Under the pieces are notes generated by a model. It saw only the letters and a program-made list of their open reading frames with translations. It did not search any database and was not told the origin of the DNA. From Octopus vulgaris (taxonomy: Eukaryota), in the NCBI GenBank assembly GCA_951406725.2, contig OX597814.1, forward strand, positions 31,372,001 through 31,436,000: a stretch of DNA of 64,000 bases, given 5' to 3'. This document shows positions 1 to 12,439 of the stretch, in pieces; position 1 is the first letter of the stretch; every line of letters starts with the position of its first letter. The position numbers were made by a program, and so were the translations under genes.

Positions 1-64
1 AAAGAGTACCGGCGTGCGAATCGAAAATGGCTGCCATTTAGGCGATGTCATTTTTCATATGTGA
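1..64 (+). mobile_element. Possible C-terminal remnant of a Tc1/mariner-superfamily transposase
   Basis: Frame 2 reads ...RIENGCHLGDVIFHM*, resembling the NGGHL.D.IF C-terminus of Tc1/mariner-type transposases; cut by the window edge. Confidence 0.3.
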
Positions 65-1020
65 TGTAGTGCTGTTGCAAATTTGACTTGTGCATATTAA
101 TTTCTGTTATGTCCTTTATATTGTATCAAAGTTCTATGCATTTATTTGTGAAGTTAAGGAAGTTATTAAAAATTGTTTGGAATAAAGTTAATATATATAT
201 AATATTAATAAATGTATATATATTATACAATTATTCTGGATTATAATATTCAATTTATATTTTCGTTGAGTTGTACTGCACATTCTCAAAAAAAAATGAG
301 CAGGGAATGAAACCGGATTTATATCAATGCTTTCAAACGATGAAATTATTCACCTGTATTCACCTTGAAATGCATTCACATACAGAGATACCAGGTCATA
401 TACGCACCTATATACACACTGCCGTTAGAAACTTTTCCCCAAATATGGGTAATCTGCTTGGGTAATTTTCGGCGAAATTTGTCCAAGTACCGTTTTAATG
501 TTTTGGAGTATTTTCCTGCTTCGTTTTCTCTCGGGATAACATTGAATATAAGAAGGCGATTAAAGGCAAAATGATATGTAATGTGAGTTTGATACTTGTA
601 TAGGTGTATGATACGGGAAATAACATGTTTAATAGCAAAATCATTTGGACAGTGTTGATGTAGTATTCTCTGTGTTCTAAAATTTATGTTGCTTTGGGAT
701 GCATTGTTGAGTACTTTGAAAGGATCTCAACAACCATGACCTGAGGTGCTCTTATTCTTCATAACCTTTTAGTGAGTGTCGGGAAACAATAGGGGGCAGT
801 GATATTCAAGGTGAGACTTAGCAAATGTTGAGAAGAGCAGTTTTGTGGTATCAAGATGTACGGACAGGAAATGTAAATGTGCAAATAAGTTCATTCTGTG
901 AATTATATCGACTTATTTTTCATGTGCGCACCCCAGCTTATGTAGTTTACAGTAGTTACAATACAGTCTGATACATTTAGAAATATGAAAATAAGAGGGT
1001 GTGTGTATGTGTGTGTATAC

Positions 1021-1072
<52 letters not shown>

Positions 1073-1084
1073 GTATGTGTGCGT

Positions 1085-1414
1085 TGAGAACCCCTTAACT
1101 TGGCTGACCGTGAGATTGCACCTAGAAAGTTACCCTCAGAGGCACAAGTCCGGGCAAGGTTGTTTATGGAAGACCAGCAGTCGCCCATACATACCGGCCT
1201 CTCCTCTCCACGCCACCAGTGTTATCCAAGGGAAAGGCAAAAGCCGATACAGCTTGGCACCTGTGACGTTGCAACTCATTTCTACAGCTGAGTGAACTGG
1301 AGCAACGTGAAATAAAGTGTCTTGCTCGAGAACACAACACGCAGCTCGGTCCGGGATTAGAACTTACAACCTCACGATCGTATGCTCGACGCTTTAACCA
1401 CTGAGCTATGCGCC
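1085..1414 (-). mobile_element. tRNA-derived SINE (head type E) with CORE-like body
   Basis: Minus strand starts GGCGCATAGCTCAGTGGTTAAAGCG (A box) ... GTTCTAATCCC (B box), then GTGTTCTCGAGCAAGACACTTTATTTCACGTTGCTCCAGTTCACTCAGCTG. TSD ATGTGTGCGT at 1075-1084 and 1415-1424. Confidence 0.85.
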
Positions 1415-1596
1415 ATGTGTGCGTAAACATATTTTATATACATATACACACATTTACATATATATTTATACACGACGTACAAATATACAAGCACAACACA
1501 CCCATAGATAAACACACACATACGAGCGCGCGCGCACATGCACACACACACACACACACACACGCACACACTCACAAACTCACATACTGAAAACTC

Positions 1597-1690
1597 TCAC
1601 AGGTTTTCCGTGGACAAAACTTCACTCACAACTTTTGGTCGACCTACCGAAGAATGAATAAAGGACACTTGACAAGGTACCGACAATTGA
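1597..1690 (-). mobile_element. Degenerate fragment of SINE family A
   Basis: cactcacaacttttggtcgacc...gacacttgacaaggtac aligns loosely to the 5' half of family A. Confidence 0.45.
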
Positions 1691-1789
1691 ATGACAACGA
1701 ATTTGTATCCGAGCGAAATTCTTGACGAAATATCATGCATTCTACGCATACATACATCACATAGGTATATGCATGCACAGATATACACA

Positions 1790-1807
1790 TACTTATGTAC
1801 ACATATG

Positions 1808-1889
<82 letters not shown>

Positions 1890-2013
1890 CATATATATAT
1901 ATGCATATATATATATGTATATATATATATACACACACATATATATATGTATATAGATAAAGAGTAAAGAAATATATATATATGTATATATATAAGTGTG
2001 TGTAAATATATTG

Positions 2014-2047
<34 letters not shown>

Positions 2048-2069
2048 ATATATATATATATATATATAC

Positions 2070-2137
<68 letters not shown>

Positions 2138-2375
2138 GATAGATAGATAAATGATTTTAATGTACTTGTTTGTCGAGCCCTTCTTCTCCGATCATATTCG
2201 TCCACACACCATTCACTGCTATATTCACTTCTATTCTATGGCTAATTTGCAATAATAATAATAATAATAATAACAATAATAATAATGATAATAATAATAA
2301 TAATAACAATAACAATAATAATAATAATAATAACAACAACACCAACAGCAACTACAACAGCATCAACAATAAGAT
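1790..2375. repeat. Compound microsatellite (TA)n/(CA)n plus (AAT)n/(AAC)n
   Basis: Directly visible simple repeats; source of the YIYI and poly-N/poly-L ORFs. Confidence 0.95.
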
Positions 2376-4950
2376 TTACTCATCGACATAAATTGTATCA
2401 TTACAAGATAATTTGGTAATCCAGATGCTTATATATTTTGTATATATTATGACTGCGTTTTGCTCCCCTTAAGTGCTGGCATTGTTAATATTCGTAACGT
2501 AGAGAGATTAGCTTACTATTCATGTATTTTTCAGTATAGAACTGAGCTTACATATAATCCTTATCATATGTTCATTTGAGTAAGTATTAAAGTGAGTCAA
2601 TGGCGAATGGCTTGATGACTGTATATTATTAGTATAGTAATAACTACAAAGTGAATACGGCAAATTATCTCTGACAAAGACAGACCCCCATGGTATTGCA
2701 ACATACTCATGCACACATTCTCATACACTTATATACTTGTATGGACATTATATATATGTATATATATGTATATATATACATATATATACATATATAAAAT
2801 ATATACGAACACGTATCTACATATATGTATGTATATATGTGTATATATATATATATGTATATATATATATGTGTGTGTGTGTGTGTAAGCATTTATACAT
2901 ATATATATATATTTGTATATATACATATATATACATATTTGTATATATACATATATATACATATTTGTATATATATACATATATATAATATATATGTATA
3001 CACGTGTGTGTGTATGTGTGTATGTGTGTGTTTATGTTTGTGCGCGTGTGAGTGTAAACCATGTAACTCCATTTTTTTCTGATGAATTCTCTTTAGAATG
3101 CCTCGTAGTCTGTCAAAATTCCCTTTTATTTGTTCTTCTAGACCGTTCTTTGAAGTATTACCGAATATAGTGCCCCTTATGCACTGAATGCACAGGAATT
3201 GTACAGGGATTCTAAGGTAATCTAACCATTTTACGAATGTATACATTCATTTTAAGAAAGGAAAACTATCTTTCACTTTTTACAAGTTACTCTGTGTTTA
3301 ACTATCGTCACATGTACATTTGGCTAGACATTTGCAACGCGCCTACTAAAGAGAAGTTTTCTTTTTCATGATCGGTAAAAGTGAGTATAAAGAACTGAAT
3401 AGAGCCAGAAATGTTGTAATAGATAAGAATACAACGATAAAAATTTCAGGGATGAATGTGCCAGATCCTGATAAAATTACAGCTAGAAATTCGAGTAAAT
3501 GTCAATGATGGTTAGTGGAAAGTCAAACGATAATACATACATACATACATAAAAAAAAAAGCGTATAGAAGCTGTGACGTTTTGATACAGAACTGAACCA
3601 GGCATTTCAATATAAAGGTTAGAGATTTTTCCAAAATGATTTTGCGTTTGAATAAAAAAAGTTGTCAATGGAAAGTATGTTTGAATTCTGTACACAAGAT
3701 AAAGTTTGCCTACATTTTTAAAACAAAACGGGTTGGATGTTCTCAAAATATAATATAAATGATCTTTCTAAAAGTGAGCAAACTACGTTCGTTAATGTTA
3801 TGAAATAAAACACAAAGTTAACCAAATTTCTGGAAAATATTTTTCATACATACGTGCAAATGCACGCGCGCGCACAAACACATGCATGTTGATGTATATT
3901 TGTGTGTGTGTGTGGATTTAATTGCATATGTAGATGTGTATCTATAGCTTTGTATATGCTTGTTCAAAGAACAAAGCTCGCAAAGAAATATACAAAGGAC
4001 TCAAAGCTAATAGGCAGAGTAAAAATACAAGATATATATACTTCAACGTAAATTTCAATGCAATATCTACATTCCATTCATCGCCGTGAGGGATTTTTAA
4101 ACATGAAACAAGTACATAGATAGCTTACCATGTCCAAACGTAAAATCAAGGCATTCAGATTGTGAAATTGGGTGTGGGAGTGTTAGGAGGTGTCAGGATT
4201 TGTATACAGAACAATAGATAATGAAAGGCAAATGTGTATTTTGCAAAAGAACATATTACACAATGCTGAAAAGGAAGAAATTAAATTAAATTTTGATGAT
4301 TATTGTAGCATAACATTTAGCAAATGATCCGTTAGTCGTTCTACGGAAAGTTATCTTTATTTCTATTTGTCAAACATATATACGCTACCTGTATGTTTGA
4401 AGTACGTGTAAAAATTACAATAAGACTGCTTTAATTAGGTACTTTTGTCTTTACGTAAGCTTTGACGAGTTGTTGCTTGTGGGCAGGTGGAACTATGAGA
4501 AATTATTCATAGGTCTAATGATAACTAGATGCGTTGAAGGACACTGGCAATATAGTTGAATAAGAAAGGGTGTAGAGAAGGATTGGACGAAAGCATGCCC
4601 TTGTTGATAAATACTTATTTGTGTACCAGTGTATATGTGTGCGCATGTATGTGTGTATGTGTGTGTATAAGAGGGTATGTATATACATGGGCTAGGACAC
4701 TTACACGTCAATGGCTAGATTCATATCTTCATGTAGTACATATACATGTATATTTTATGTAAATATATACCTAAGGAAAAATGCATCAGTATTATGGATT
4801 CATCTCGATGTATAAGTCACGTCAGGAATTACGTGTATGCATTTCTTATCAATAATATATATGTAAATTATCTCGGTTGAAACCGAGTAGAAAACCCCGG
4901 TAAATATCTGTGGTAATGAAGAGCGGAATAGATATACACATGTATATTTA

Positions 4951-5079
<129 letters not shown>

Positions 5080-5089
5080 GTATATACAT

Positions 5090-5130
<41 letters not shown>

Positions 5131-5160
5131 CATGAATATATATATATATATATATATATA

Positions 5161-5564
5161 GGCGCAGGATTGGTAGTGTGTTAGGTAGCTTGCTTACCAA
5201 CCACATGGTTCCGGGTTCAGTCCCATTGCGTGGCACCTTGGGCTAGTGATTTCTACTATAATCTCGGGCCAACTAAATTTTGTGAGTGGATTTGGTAGAT
5301 GGAAACTGAAGAAGCCCGTCACGTATATATATATGTGTTTGCGTATATATATATATGCATGTGTGTGTGCGCGTGTGTGTGTTTGACAACCGATGCTGGT
5401 GTGTTTACGTCCACATAACATAATGGTTCGGCAAAAGAAAACGATAGAATATGTATTGGCTTAAAAAGAATAAGTTCTGTGGACAATTTGCTGGACTAAA
5501 TGCGGTACTCCAGCATGGTCGCAGCCAAATGAATCAAACAAAAGAATACAAGAATAAAAGAATA
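5161..5564 (+). mobile_element. SINE family A (abundant tRNA-derived SINE with internal microsatellite)
   Basis: GGCGCAGGA.TGG..GTGTG.TA.GTAG head, GGTTCAGTCCC B box, CORE-like CCTTGGGC.AGTG, internal (TA)n(TG)n, tail GCGGTACTCCAGCATGGTCGCAG, AAAAGAAT repeats; about 10 similar copies in the window. Confidence 0.9.
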
Positions 5565-5629
5565 TGTATATATATATATAAGTATATATGTTTCTGACCC
5601 CAGCGTGTGTGTATATATATACACACATG

Positions 5630-5812
5630 CTTGACCGCTAAATCAACAAGTTGTTTTTATCCTCTCTCTGTTTATTTTCCCTTATAGCTTTCTGATGAAT
5701 AGCGTAGGCCTGAAACGTAAAAGAATTTCTCACTTTACCGAGCTTCAAACTATTACACTTGCTTGCTGTTCATACACCTGTCATCGTCTTTTGTTTTTCT
5801 TTAAATTTCGAT
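5630..5812 (+). mobile_element. Penelope-like pseudo-LTR fragment
   Basis: Homologous, in inverted orientation, to 5930-6130 of the Penelope element downstream; carries a hammerhead motif. Confidence 0.65.
5687..5725 (+). ncRNA. Minimal hammerhead ribozyme motif (Penelope type)
   Basis: CTTT-CTGATGA-ATAGCGTAGGCCT-GAAAC-GTA-AAAG: core boxes present, palindromic ACGT stem III, GUA triplet, stem I CTTT/AAAG; stem II partly decayed. Confidence 0.6.
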
Positions 5813-5870
5813 TGCACACACACTAACACACATACGCAAACACACACACACATATATATATCTATCTATA

Positions 5871-5923
<53 letters not shown>

Positions 5924-6019
5924 CGGGAAGCTTTATGAAAATAGACAAAAGACGAAGGCAGGTGGAAAACAAACGAACAATTGTATTAGTATGGCGCTCA
6001 GGAAATATAAATAAAACAA

Positions 6020-6059
6020 GTCTTTAACGTTTCGAGCCTACGCTCTTCAACAGAAAGAT
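6020..6059 (-). ncRNA. Minimal hammerhead ribozyme motif, CUGUUGA variant
   Basis: Minus strand TCTTT-CTGTTGA-A-GAGC GTAG GCTC-GAAAC-GTT-AAAGA: perfect stems I and II, loopless palindromic stem III. Confidence 0.65.
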
Positions 6060-6228
6060 ACACAGAGAGAAAAAAACACAGAAAGAAGGAGAGAAAAAAA
6101 ATGCGTGCAGTAGCTAACGAATCAACATGGCGATCTGATTTCGGCCAGAGGTCAAAGATCAAACATGAGACGCGAGAGCGAAATAAGGGGAGATAATAGG
6201 GTTGATAATAGGGTTGAAGGACCAGCTA

Positions 6229-6570
6229 ATAGTGCGTAGGAGGGGTCTGGACGTGTGTATGTATAGGGTTGGTGTATGTATTAGTATGTATAAGGGTGTG
6301 TGTGTGTGTGTGTGTGTGTATATGAGAGAGTATTAGTGCGTAGGATTGGTCTGGACGTGCGTATGTATGGGGTTGGTGTATGTATTAGTATGTATTAGTA
6401 TGTATTAGTACGTATTAGTATGTATAAGTGTGTGTGTGTGTGTATGAGAGAGTATAAGTGCGTATGAGGGGTCTGGACGTGTGTATGTATAGGGTTGGTG
6501 TATGTATTAGTATGTATTAGTATGTATTAGTACGTATTAGTATGTATTAGTTGGTGTATGTATTAGTATG
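6229..6570. repeat. Tandem repeat of about 105-120 bp (3 units) inside the Penelope 3' region
   Basis: AGTGCGTA.GA..GGTCTGGACGTG.GTATGTAT.GGGTTGGTGTATGTATTAGTATGTA recurs at about 6230, 6335 and 6457. Confidence 0.9.
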
Positions 6571-6930
6571 GCACATCATATATGATGTGATGTGTAAAGT
6601 CGTGTGGTGTAGTGAGGAGAAGAGGGGGAGAAGAGGGGGGAGAAGAGGGGGAGATAAGGGGAGGGGAAGAAGAGGGGGAGGAGAGGGGGAGGAGAGGATG
6701 GGGGAGAGGAGAGGATGGGGGAGAGAGAGATGGGGAGGAGGGGGAGGAAGGAGGAAAGAGGGAGAGGGGAGAGAGAAGGGGAGTGAGGGAGTGAGGGAGC
6801 AGAGGGAAGGGGAAGAGGGAAGGAGGGAGGGAGAAAGAGGGAAGTAGGGAAGGGGTGTTGGGGTGAAAGGACGATGGCCTGAAGAAGTAGGGGTCGGGGG
6901 AAAGGATAGGTGAGGAGGGGGAGAGAGGGG

Positions 6931-7166
6931 TTAGATGAGGAGGGGGGGAGAGTTGAGACCAAATGGCGTATCAGAGCGAAGAGAGAAGATTAATTCTTGT
7001 TCACGGGGCAAACGGGAATCCGGATGGCCTCTGTGTAAGGACAAACCGAACACAGATAGGTGTTGCAAGGAGTGACCGGTGGAGCGGAAATGGCGTGAGA
7101 CCGGTGTGTCGTTCGCAAGGTGGATGTCACGAAGGTGTTCCGCGAACCGGTCAGCCAAGCGGCGTC
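6931..7166 (-). pseudogene. Penelope GIY-YIG endonuclease C-terminal fragment
   Basis: RF.EH, V..HF...H and E...I..L....P.GLN motifs; N-terminus and RT domain absent. Confidence 0.8.
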
Positions 7167-7225
<59 letters not shown>

Positions 7226-7226
<1 letters not shown>

Positions 7227-7620
7227 CTTTATATATAAAAGTAAGGTTGTGTGTCTGTCTCCTACGATTTAGATTCCTAACTACTCCCACATTTTGCGGT
7301 GCAGTTTAACCAAAACCGGGTATCTTATAGTCGTGATTCATATCGAGCCCTTCTGGGTATTAGCGCGCGTCTACGATGAGTCTACGATTTAAAAAAAAAA
7401 TTTACCATAATTTTTTTCCATTTTAATGCATTTTTTCGCTATTATATATGGGAAGTAACTCTCTAAAATGTCTACGATGAGTCAACGATTTAAAAACAAA
7501 TTTACCATAATTTTTTTCCATTTTAATGCATTTTTTTGCTATTCTTTGGCTATAACTCTCTAAAAATGCTTATATAGTTATTTCCCTTACAAACCCGAGC
7601 AACTCCGGGCGATAATGCTA

Positions 7621-7621
<1 letters not shown>
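7226..7621 (+). mobile_element. Non-autonomous Helitron, copy 1
   Basis: A|TC start (TCTTTATATATAAAA), subterminal hairpin CCCGAGCAACTCCGGG, CTAG|T end, no TSD, internal duplication of about 100 bp; second copy at 26266. Confidence 0.85.
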
Positions 7622-7658
<37 letters not shown>

Positions 7659-8183
7659 TATATAGTTATTTATTTATGCATATATTTTCATATTTAGGCG
7701 TGCATAATTTTTTCCGTATTTAAAACATGACATATGTGTGACGAGTACTTTGATGTATGTATTTGGTTCTATGCATGCCTGTACATACTTAGATGAATTC
7801 GAACACAGAGACACACACACACAAACACACACACATACACACGCATGTACAAACATATAGATGTATATATGTATGTATGTATATATATATACATATATAT
7901 ACATACAAACATACATACATACATATATATATATATATATGTATATGCATGCATATACATATATATATATACACACACACATTACATTAACTTGTGTCTA
8001 TGTACTCATGTGAATAGAGTAGTTATATATAAAGCGCTGACTTAAGAATTAGATTTCCTATAACTCATAATCAAATATTCACTAAAAATTTGTATGCATT
8101 TTCGAGTCTATGCGAATATCTGTTTTAATTTTCTGTTTCCTCGGATAGTATTTTCAACACAATTAATACACACACACACATAC

Positions 8184-8272
<89 letters not shown>

Positions 8273-8604
8273 CACACAGTTTATAGAAATACAGGAGCAA
8301 AAGCTAGGGAGAAGTTAAAAACTAATTTGCATAAATTGTGTTCTACATATGAAATATGTATACATGCACAATTTGGTACAAGTATGTCTGTATGTGAATA
8401 TACTTTGGACAAGTGAAAGGAACTATTGTTAAGACGAATTCTTTAAACAAAACCTTCAAATCATTCCCTGATAAATTATTGATCAGAGCAGTGTTTCCCA
8501 ACCCATTTTACATACAGACGCATGTGTATGGCCACTAACTCGCGTAGCAGCAAAACTACATGTAAATGTACAGACGCACGCAAAAAGTCACAAATATATA
8601 TATA

Positions 8605-9039
8605 TATTCTTTTATTCTTTTATTTGTTTCTGAATTTTTTTCTGCGGTCATGCTGGAGCAACGAATTAAAGATATTTTTCTTAATCGAAGAAATTGACCC
8701 CAGGACTTATTCTTTGTAAGCCTTGTACTTGTTCTATAGGGCTATTTTGCAGAATCTCTAGGTAATGGGGACATAAACATACCAGCATCGGTTGCCAAGT
8801 GATGGTGGTGGAACAGACGCACATAAACATACACGAACACACATAAACACTCACACTGACATACACACACACATATCAGAAAGTGCTTCTTTCAGTTTCC
8901 GTCTAGCAAATCCACTCATAACGCATGGTAGGCCCAACACTATAGTGGAAGACACTTATACAAAGTGTCAAGCAGCGGGACTGAATCCGGAACCATGTGG
9001 TTGGGAAGAAAGCTCCTACCACACAGCTACGCCTGCGCC
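8605..9039 (-). mobile_element. SINE family A, diverged copy
   Basis: Reverse complement of the family A head (GGCGCAGGCGTAGCTGTGTGGTA), body and tail. Confidence 0.85.
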
Positions 9040-9096
9040 TATCAAATATATATATATATGTATATAATAAGCTTTATAATAAATCTTTAACACTTC

Positions 9097-9136
<40 letters not shown>

Positions 9137-9158
9137 TATACGAGAAATCTTAATTATT

Positions 9159-9259
9159 AATCACGACAATTGTTCCAACACATCGATCCCTCACGGGTGG
9201 GATACTTAACTACTAGTTAAGAAGCATCCAGCGGTGCAGATTTCTCTCATAGGGTGATA
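9159..9259 (-). ncRNA. Decayed hammerhead-like motif with long stem II
   Basis: Minus strand ATCAC-CCTATGA-...GGATGCTTCTTAACTA G TAGTTAAGTATCC...-GGAAC AATTGT C-GTGAT: stem I ATCAC/GTGAT, palindromic ACAATTGT, GUC triplet; both core boxes mutated. Confidence 0.4.
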
Positions 9260-9564
9260 AATAGATACAACTCATTAAAATAACAGCTCCGCAATGTGTC
9301 ATCTTATTTCGTAGAAAGAAATGCAGCAAAACGAAGGAAACATCTTCATTTATATCGAAGATCAAAAATGAAATCAGATGCAAAAAAGAAACGAACGCGC
9401 GATACAGCGAGTAAATTGATAAAAATAACCGTTAAGAGATACGGATGTATAAACGCCCTCGGACAAGCTACATGGCGCGTGTACACTCGCTCATACAAGC
9501 ATCAGCACACCTATGTTTTGGTGCACACACTAGCGAGATAAATAGCTACTTGGTGTTTATAAGA

Positions 9565-9951
9565 TGATGGAAGCACTCCGTCGGTTACGACGATGAGGGT
9601 TCCGGTTGATCCGAATCAACGGAACAGCCTGCTCGTGAAATTAACGTGTAAGTGGCTGAGCACTCCACAGACACGTGCACCCTTAACGTAGTTCTCGGGG
9701 ATATTCAGCGTGACACAGAGAGTGACAAGGCCGGCCCCTTGAAATGCAGGTACAACAGAAACAGAAAGTAAGAGTGAGAGAAAGTTGTGGTGAAAGAGTA
9801 CAGCAGGGATCACCACCATCCCCTGCCGGAGCCTCGTGGAGCTTTTAGTCGTTTTCGCTCAATAAACACTCACAACGCCCGGTCTGGGAATCGAAACCGC
9901 GATCCTATGACAGCGAGTCCGCTGCCCTAACCACTGGGCCATTGCGCCTCC
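9565..9951 (-). mobile_element. tRNA-derived SINE (head type D), full length
   Basis: Head GAGGCGCAATGGCCCAGTGGTTAGGGCAGCGG...GGTTTCGATTCCC; perfect 11-bp TSD TGTTTATAAGA at 9554-9564 and 9952-9962. Confidence 0.92.
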
Positions 9952-10089
9952 TGTTTATAAGAATGGGGGTGAGTTAAACTAAACTTAATTCATCCATACC
10001 TTAAAGTAAATCCTGTTAACAATTACTCAAATTCATTTCCATTGCATTGTGCGAAAGTACATTTATATGCGTGTAGTCATATTGAGAAT

Positions 10090-11120
10090 CTTTCAAAAAT
10101 TCTATCAATGATCTTCTCATTGATCCACAGAATAGAGAAGGACTTCCTGGATCAATACATCGTTTTCGTCAGACCAATCCATGTCCTTTTTCTTCGTAAG
10201 CTCTAGTAATTTTGCAGATGTCTGTAGGTTGGGGATTTTCAGTTGCTCCCATAGGATTTCTGGAGAGGGATCTGAGTGGTAACTGGATTGATCGCACTTT
10301 GCCTATAGGCCTACCTGAAAGTTTACTTACACTTCGTTTAACTACAGATCGCTAGTTTTGATTTTCCTGTTGGCCGATTCTCTCTCTTTTGGGTTTGGTC
10401 TTGAAATGGGTTTGAGTTTGCAACGGACGAGGCGATGGTCAGTATGACTTTCTGTGCTAGGCATCACTCTGGAGTCCATGACGTCAGACTGGTCTCGTTC
10501 GCGCACTAGTACGTAGGAGGTGCGTGTGTTTTGACCAGAGATGCATCCAATTCTCCTTGTTGGAAGATAGTATTGGTGATGACGAGATGATATTTGGTGC
10601 AGAACTCAATCAAGAGATGCCCGTTGTCATTGCAGTCCCCATGTTTTCCGAGAACTACTTTCAAGGATTTCGAATCTCAGCTTACTCTGTTGTTGAAACA
10701 TCCGAAGATTATGGCCTGATCATGGACGGGGTTCCCTGGAGGAATCTGCACAGCTCTGAGTAGAAACTGTCCTTGCTGGGTCTGCTGGGAGGGTCGGGTA
10801 ATAAACGCCGAAAGTTTTGGCATGCTGCTGGTTTTTCAGAAGGAGGCTCATGGAAATGATGCGGTCAGAGTGATCTACTTGTAGGTGTTGAGGTTCTTTA
10901 TCATGAACCTGACACCTGAAAGGCGTCTATCTGAAAGGGGTTTGCCTGACCAATATAGGGTATATCCGGTACTATGTTCTTTCAGGCTGCCTTACTTTGG
11001 AGGCCGAACTTCGCTAAGGGCTCCCACTGTTGTCCTCTCCTGATCATTTACATCCAGGTGGTACCACGAGGAGGTCGAAGCAAGACTTGGGATTTGCGTC
11101 AATCTATGGACGTTGTAACC
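10090..11120 (-). mobile_element. Decayed RTE-type LINE, AP-endonuclease region
   Basis: Broken frames give ERTT..ALSEVR, then VLGKHG...NGHLLIEFCTKYHLVITNTIFQ and WMHLWSKH, matching RTE-clade APE motifs; many stops and frameshifts. Confidence 0.7.
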
Positions 11121-11299
11121 CAGTATGGCACTCACCCAAACCAGCATCCAGTCATAAAATTGAATACATGTGACCATTTACATGAAAATATAAATGTTAC
11201 GGCAAAAATATCCCTATGGATATTTACACGCAAAAAGCCTATTGATTTTATAAAACCACTACTCAGGCGCAATTATCGATTATTTGTCAACGCCATATA

Positions 11300-11598
11300 C
11301 TGATATCAGCTCAAAGCCATGAGCCTCGGTCTCTCATCGGTTTTCATCAATATCGGACGAAAAATGCAAAAACTGCTTGAAAAAAAAACAACACCGTTAT
11401 AGAAATTTCCATTCAAACGTCGGATTGAGCTCACAAAAATCGATGCCAACTAGGCATAATTGAGTTTTCGAAAAATTCCGGCTTTATTTGAACTTCAAGG
11501 TATGTGATACTTATGTGCCAAAAATCATTAAAATCGTTTAGACGGTGTAGCAAGAGTTAGAGTAACCCCAAACACACAGAGAGACACCATTACACATT

Positions 11599-11605
<7 letters not shown>
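11300..11605 (-). mobile_element. Possible non-autonomous Helitron/Helentron-like remnant
   Basis: TGCCAAAAATCATTAAAATCG...ACACACAGAGAGACA...TTTATGTATATA resembles the 5' part of DINE/HINE-like elements and the element at 62160-62640. Confidence 0.35.
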
Positions 11606-11655
<50 letters not shown>

Positions 11656-11699
11656 ACATATACATATATATATATATATGTGTTTGTGTGTAAGTATGC

Positions 11700-11754
<55 letters not shown>

Positions 11755-11807
11755 CATACATATATATATACATATATATACATATACATATATATATATA
11801 TATATAT

Positions 11808-12000
11808 GTTGGCGGGGCCGGTGTATGTCAACTGCCAACCTATTGAAATCGGAAATAGGAAATATAAAGGGACATTTATTGAAACATTAAAAAAATAGAA
11901 AAATTGGATGAACTCCTAACGACAATACCAGATCAGTCAGCCATTCAACCATACACTTATGGAAGGTCAGCAGCTACAAAGTCGATCATAAACCAACTTT
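11808..12000 (+). mobile_element. C-terminal fragment of a CR1-group LINE ORF2
   Basis: Translates to [32 protein letters not shown], the LD..L..IPD.P....R.A..NS C-terminus also seen at 60780-60870. Confidence 0.55.
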
Positions 12001-12439
12001 TGGCTTTAAAATGACAGCAAAACTGGAACCATTAATAGAATATAAGAATAAAGAAAATATAAGTACACACACACACTCACACCCGCACGCACATACTCAC
12101 ACACACACACACAAATATGTATTGCATATAAACGTGTTTGATACTTATTTTTGTGTAGGTGAGTATGCGCGTGTATACTGAAGATACACATTCCATACTC
12201 CTGACAGTATTTTAAAAGAGGCATCTTTAGCATATATTTAATTTTGTCTTGAGAGACGGTGGATGGTTATCCTTCTCTTTCTTTACATCGTTTGACCACT
12301 TCTGTCTGACCTGACCTTTAATCAAAAGTATTCCAGCAACCACTACCCCAACGTCCTTTTATCCATATATTTTTCATCTTTTTAAATTCATAATAGAGGA
12401 TACATATAAGGCGAGCAATCTGAAGACGCACAGGACACG

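Larger units (their letters stand above)
5923..7166 (-). mobile_element. 5'-truncated Penelope-like element: GIY-YIG C-terminus, pyrimidine-rich 3' region and pseudo-LTR
   Basis: ORF 6931-7158 RRLADRFAEHLRDI...PVSRHF...H...EQELIFSLRSDTPFGLN is typical of Penelope GIY-YIG endonuclease ends; hammerhead at 6020-6059; inserted in (TA)n. Confidence 0.85.

Noticed and set aside
3055-3750. Possible further Penelope remnant (CTGATGA at about 3079)
   Set aside because: No paired GAAA box or stems, and no convincing protein motif.
6229-6570. CRISPR-like repeat-spacer pattern (also 49187-49610)
   Set aside because: The spacers are microsatellite, the context is eukaryotic and there are no cas genes; these are ordinary tandem repeats.
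9880-9951. tRNA gene candidates (also at about 1345-1414, 41556-41625 and 63389-63460)
   Set aside because: A and B boxes are present, but each continues into a SINE body with tail and TSD, and no complete cloverleaf is evident.
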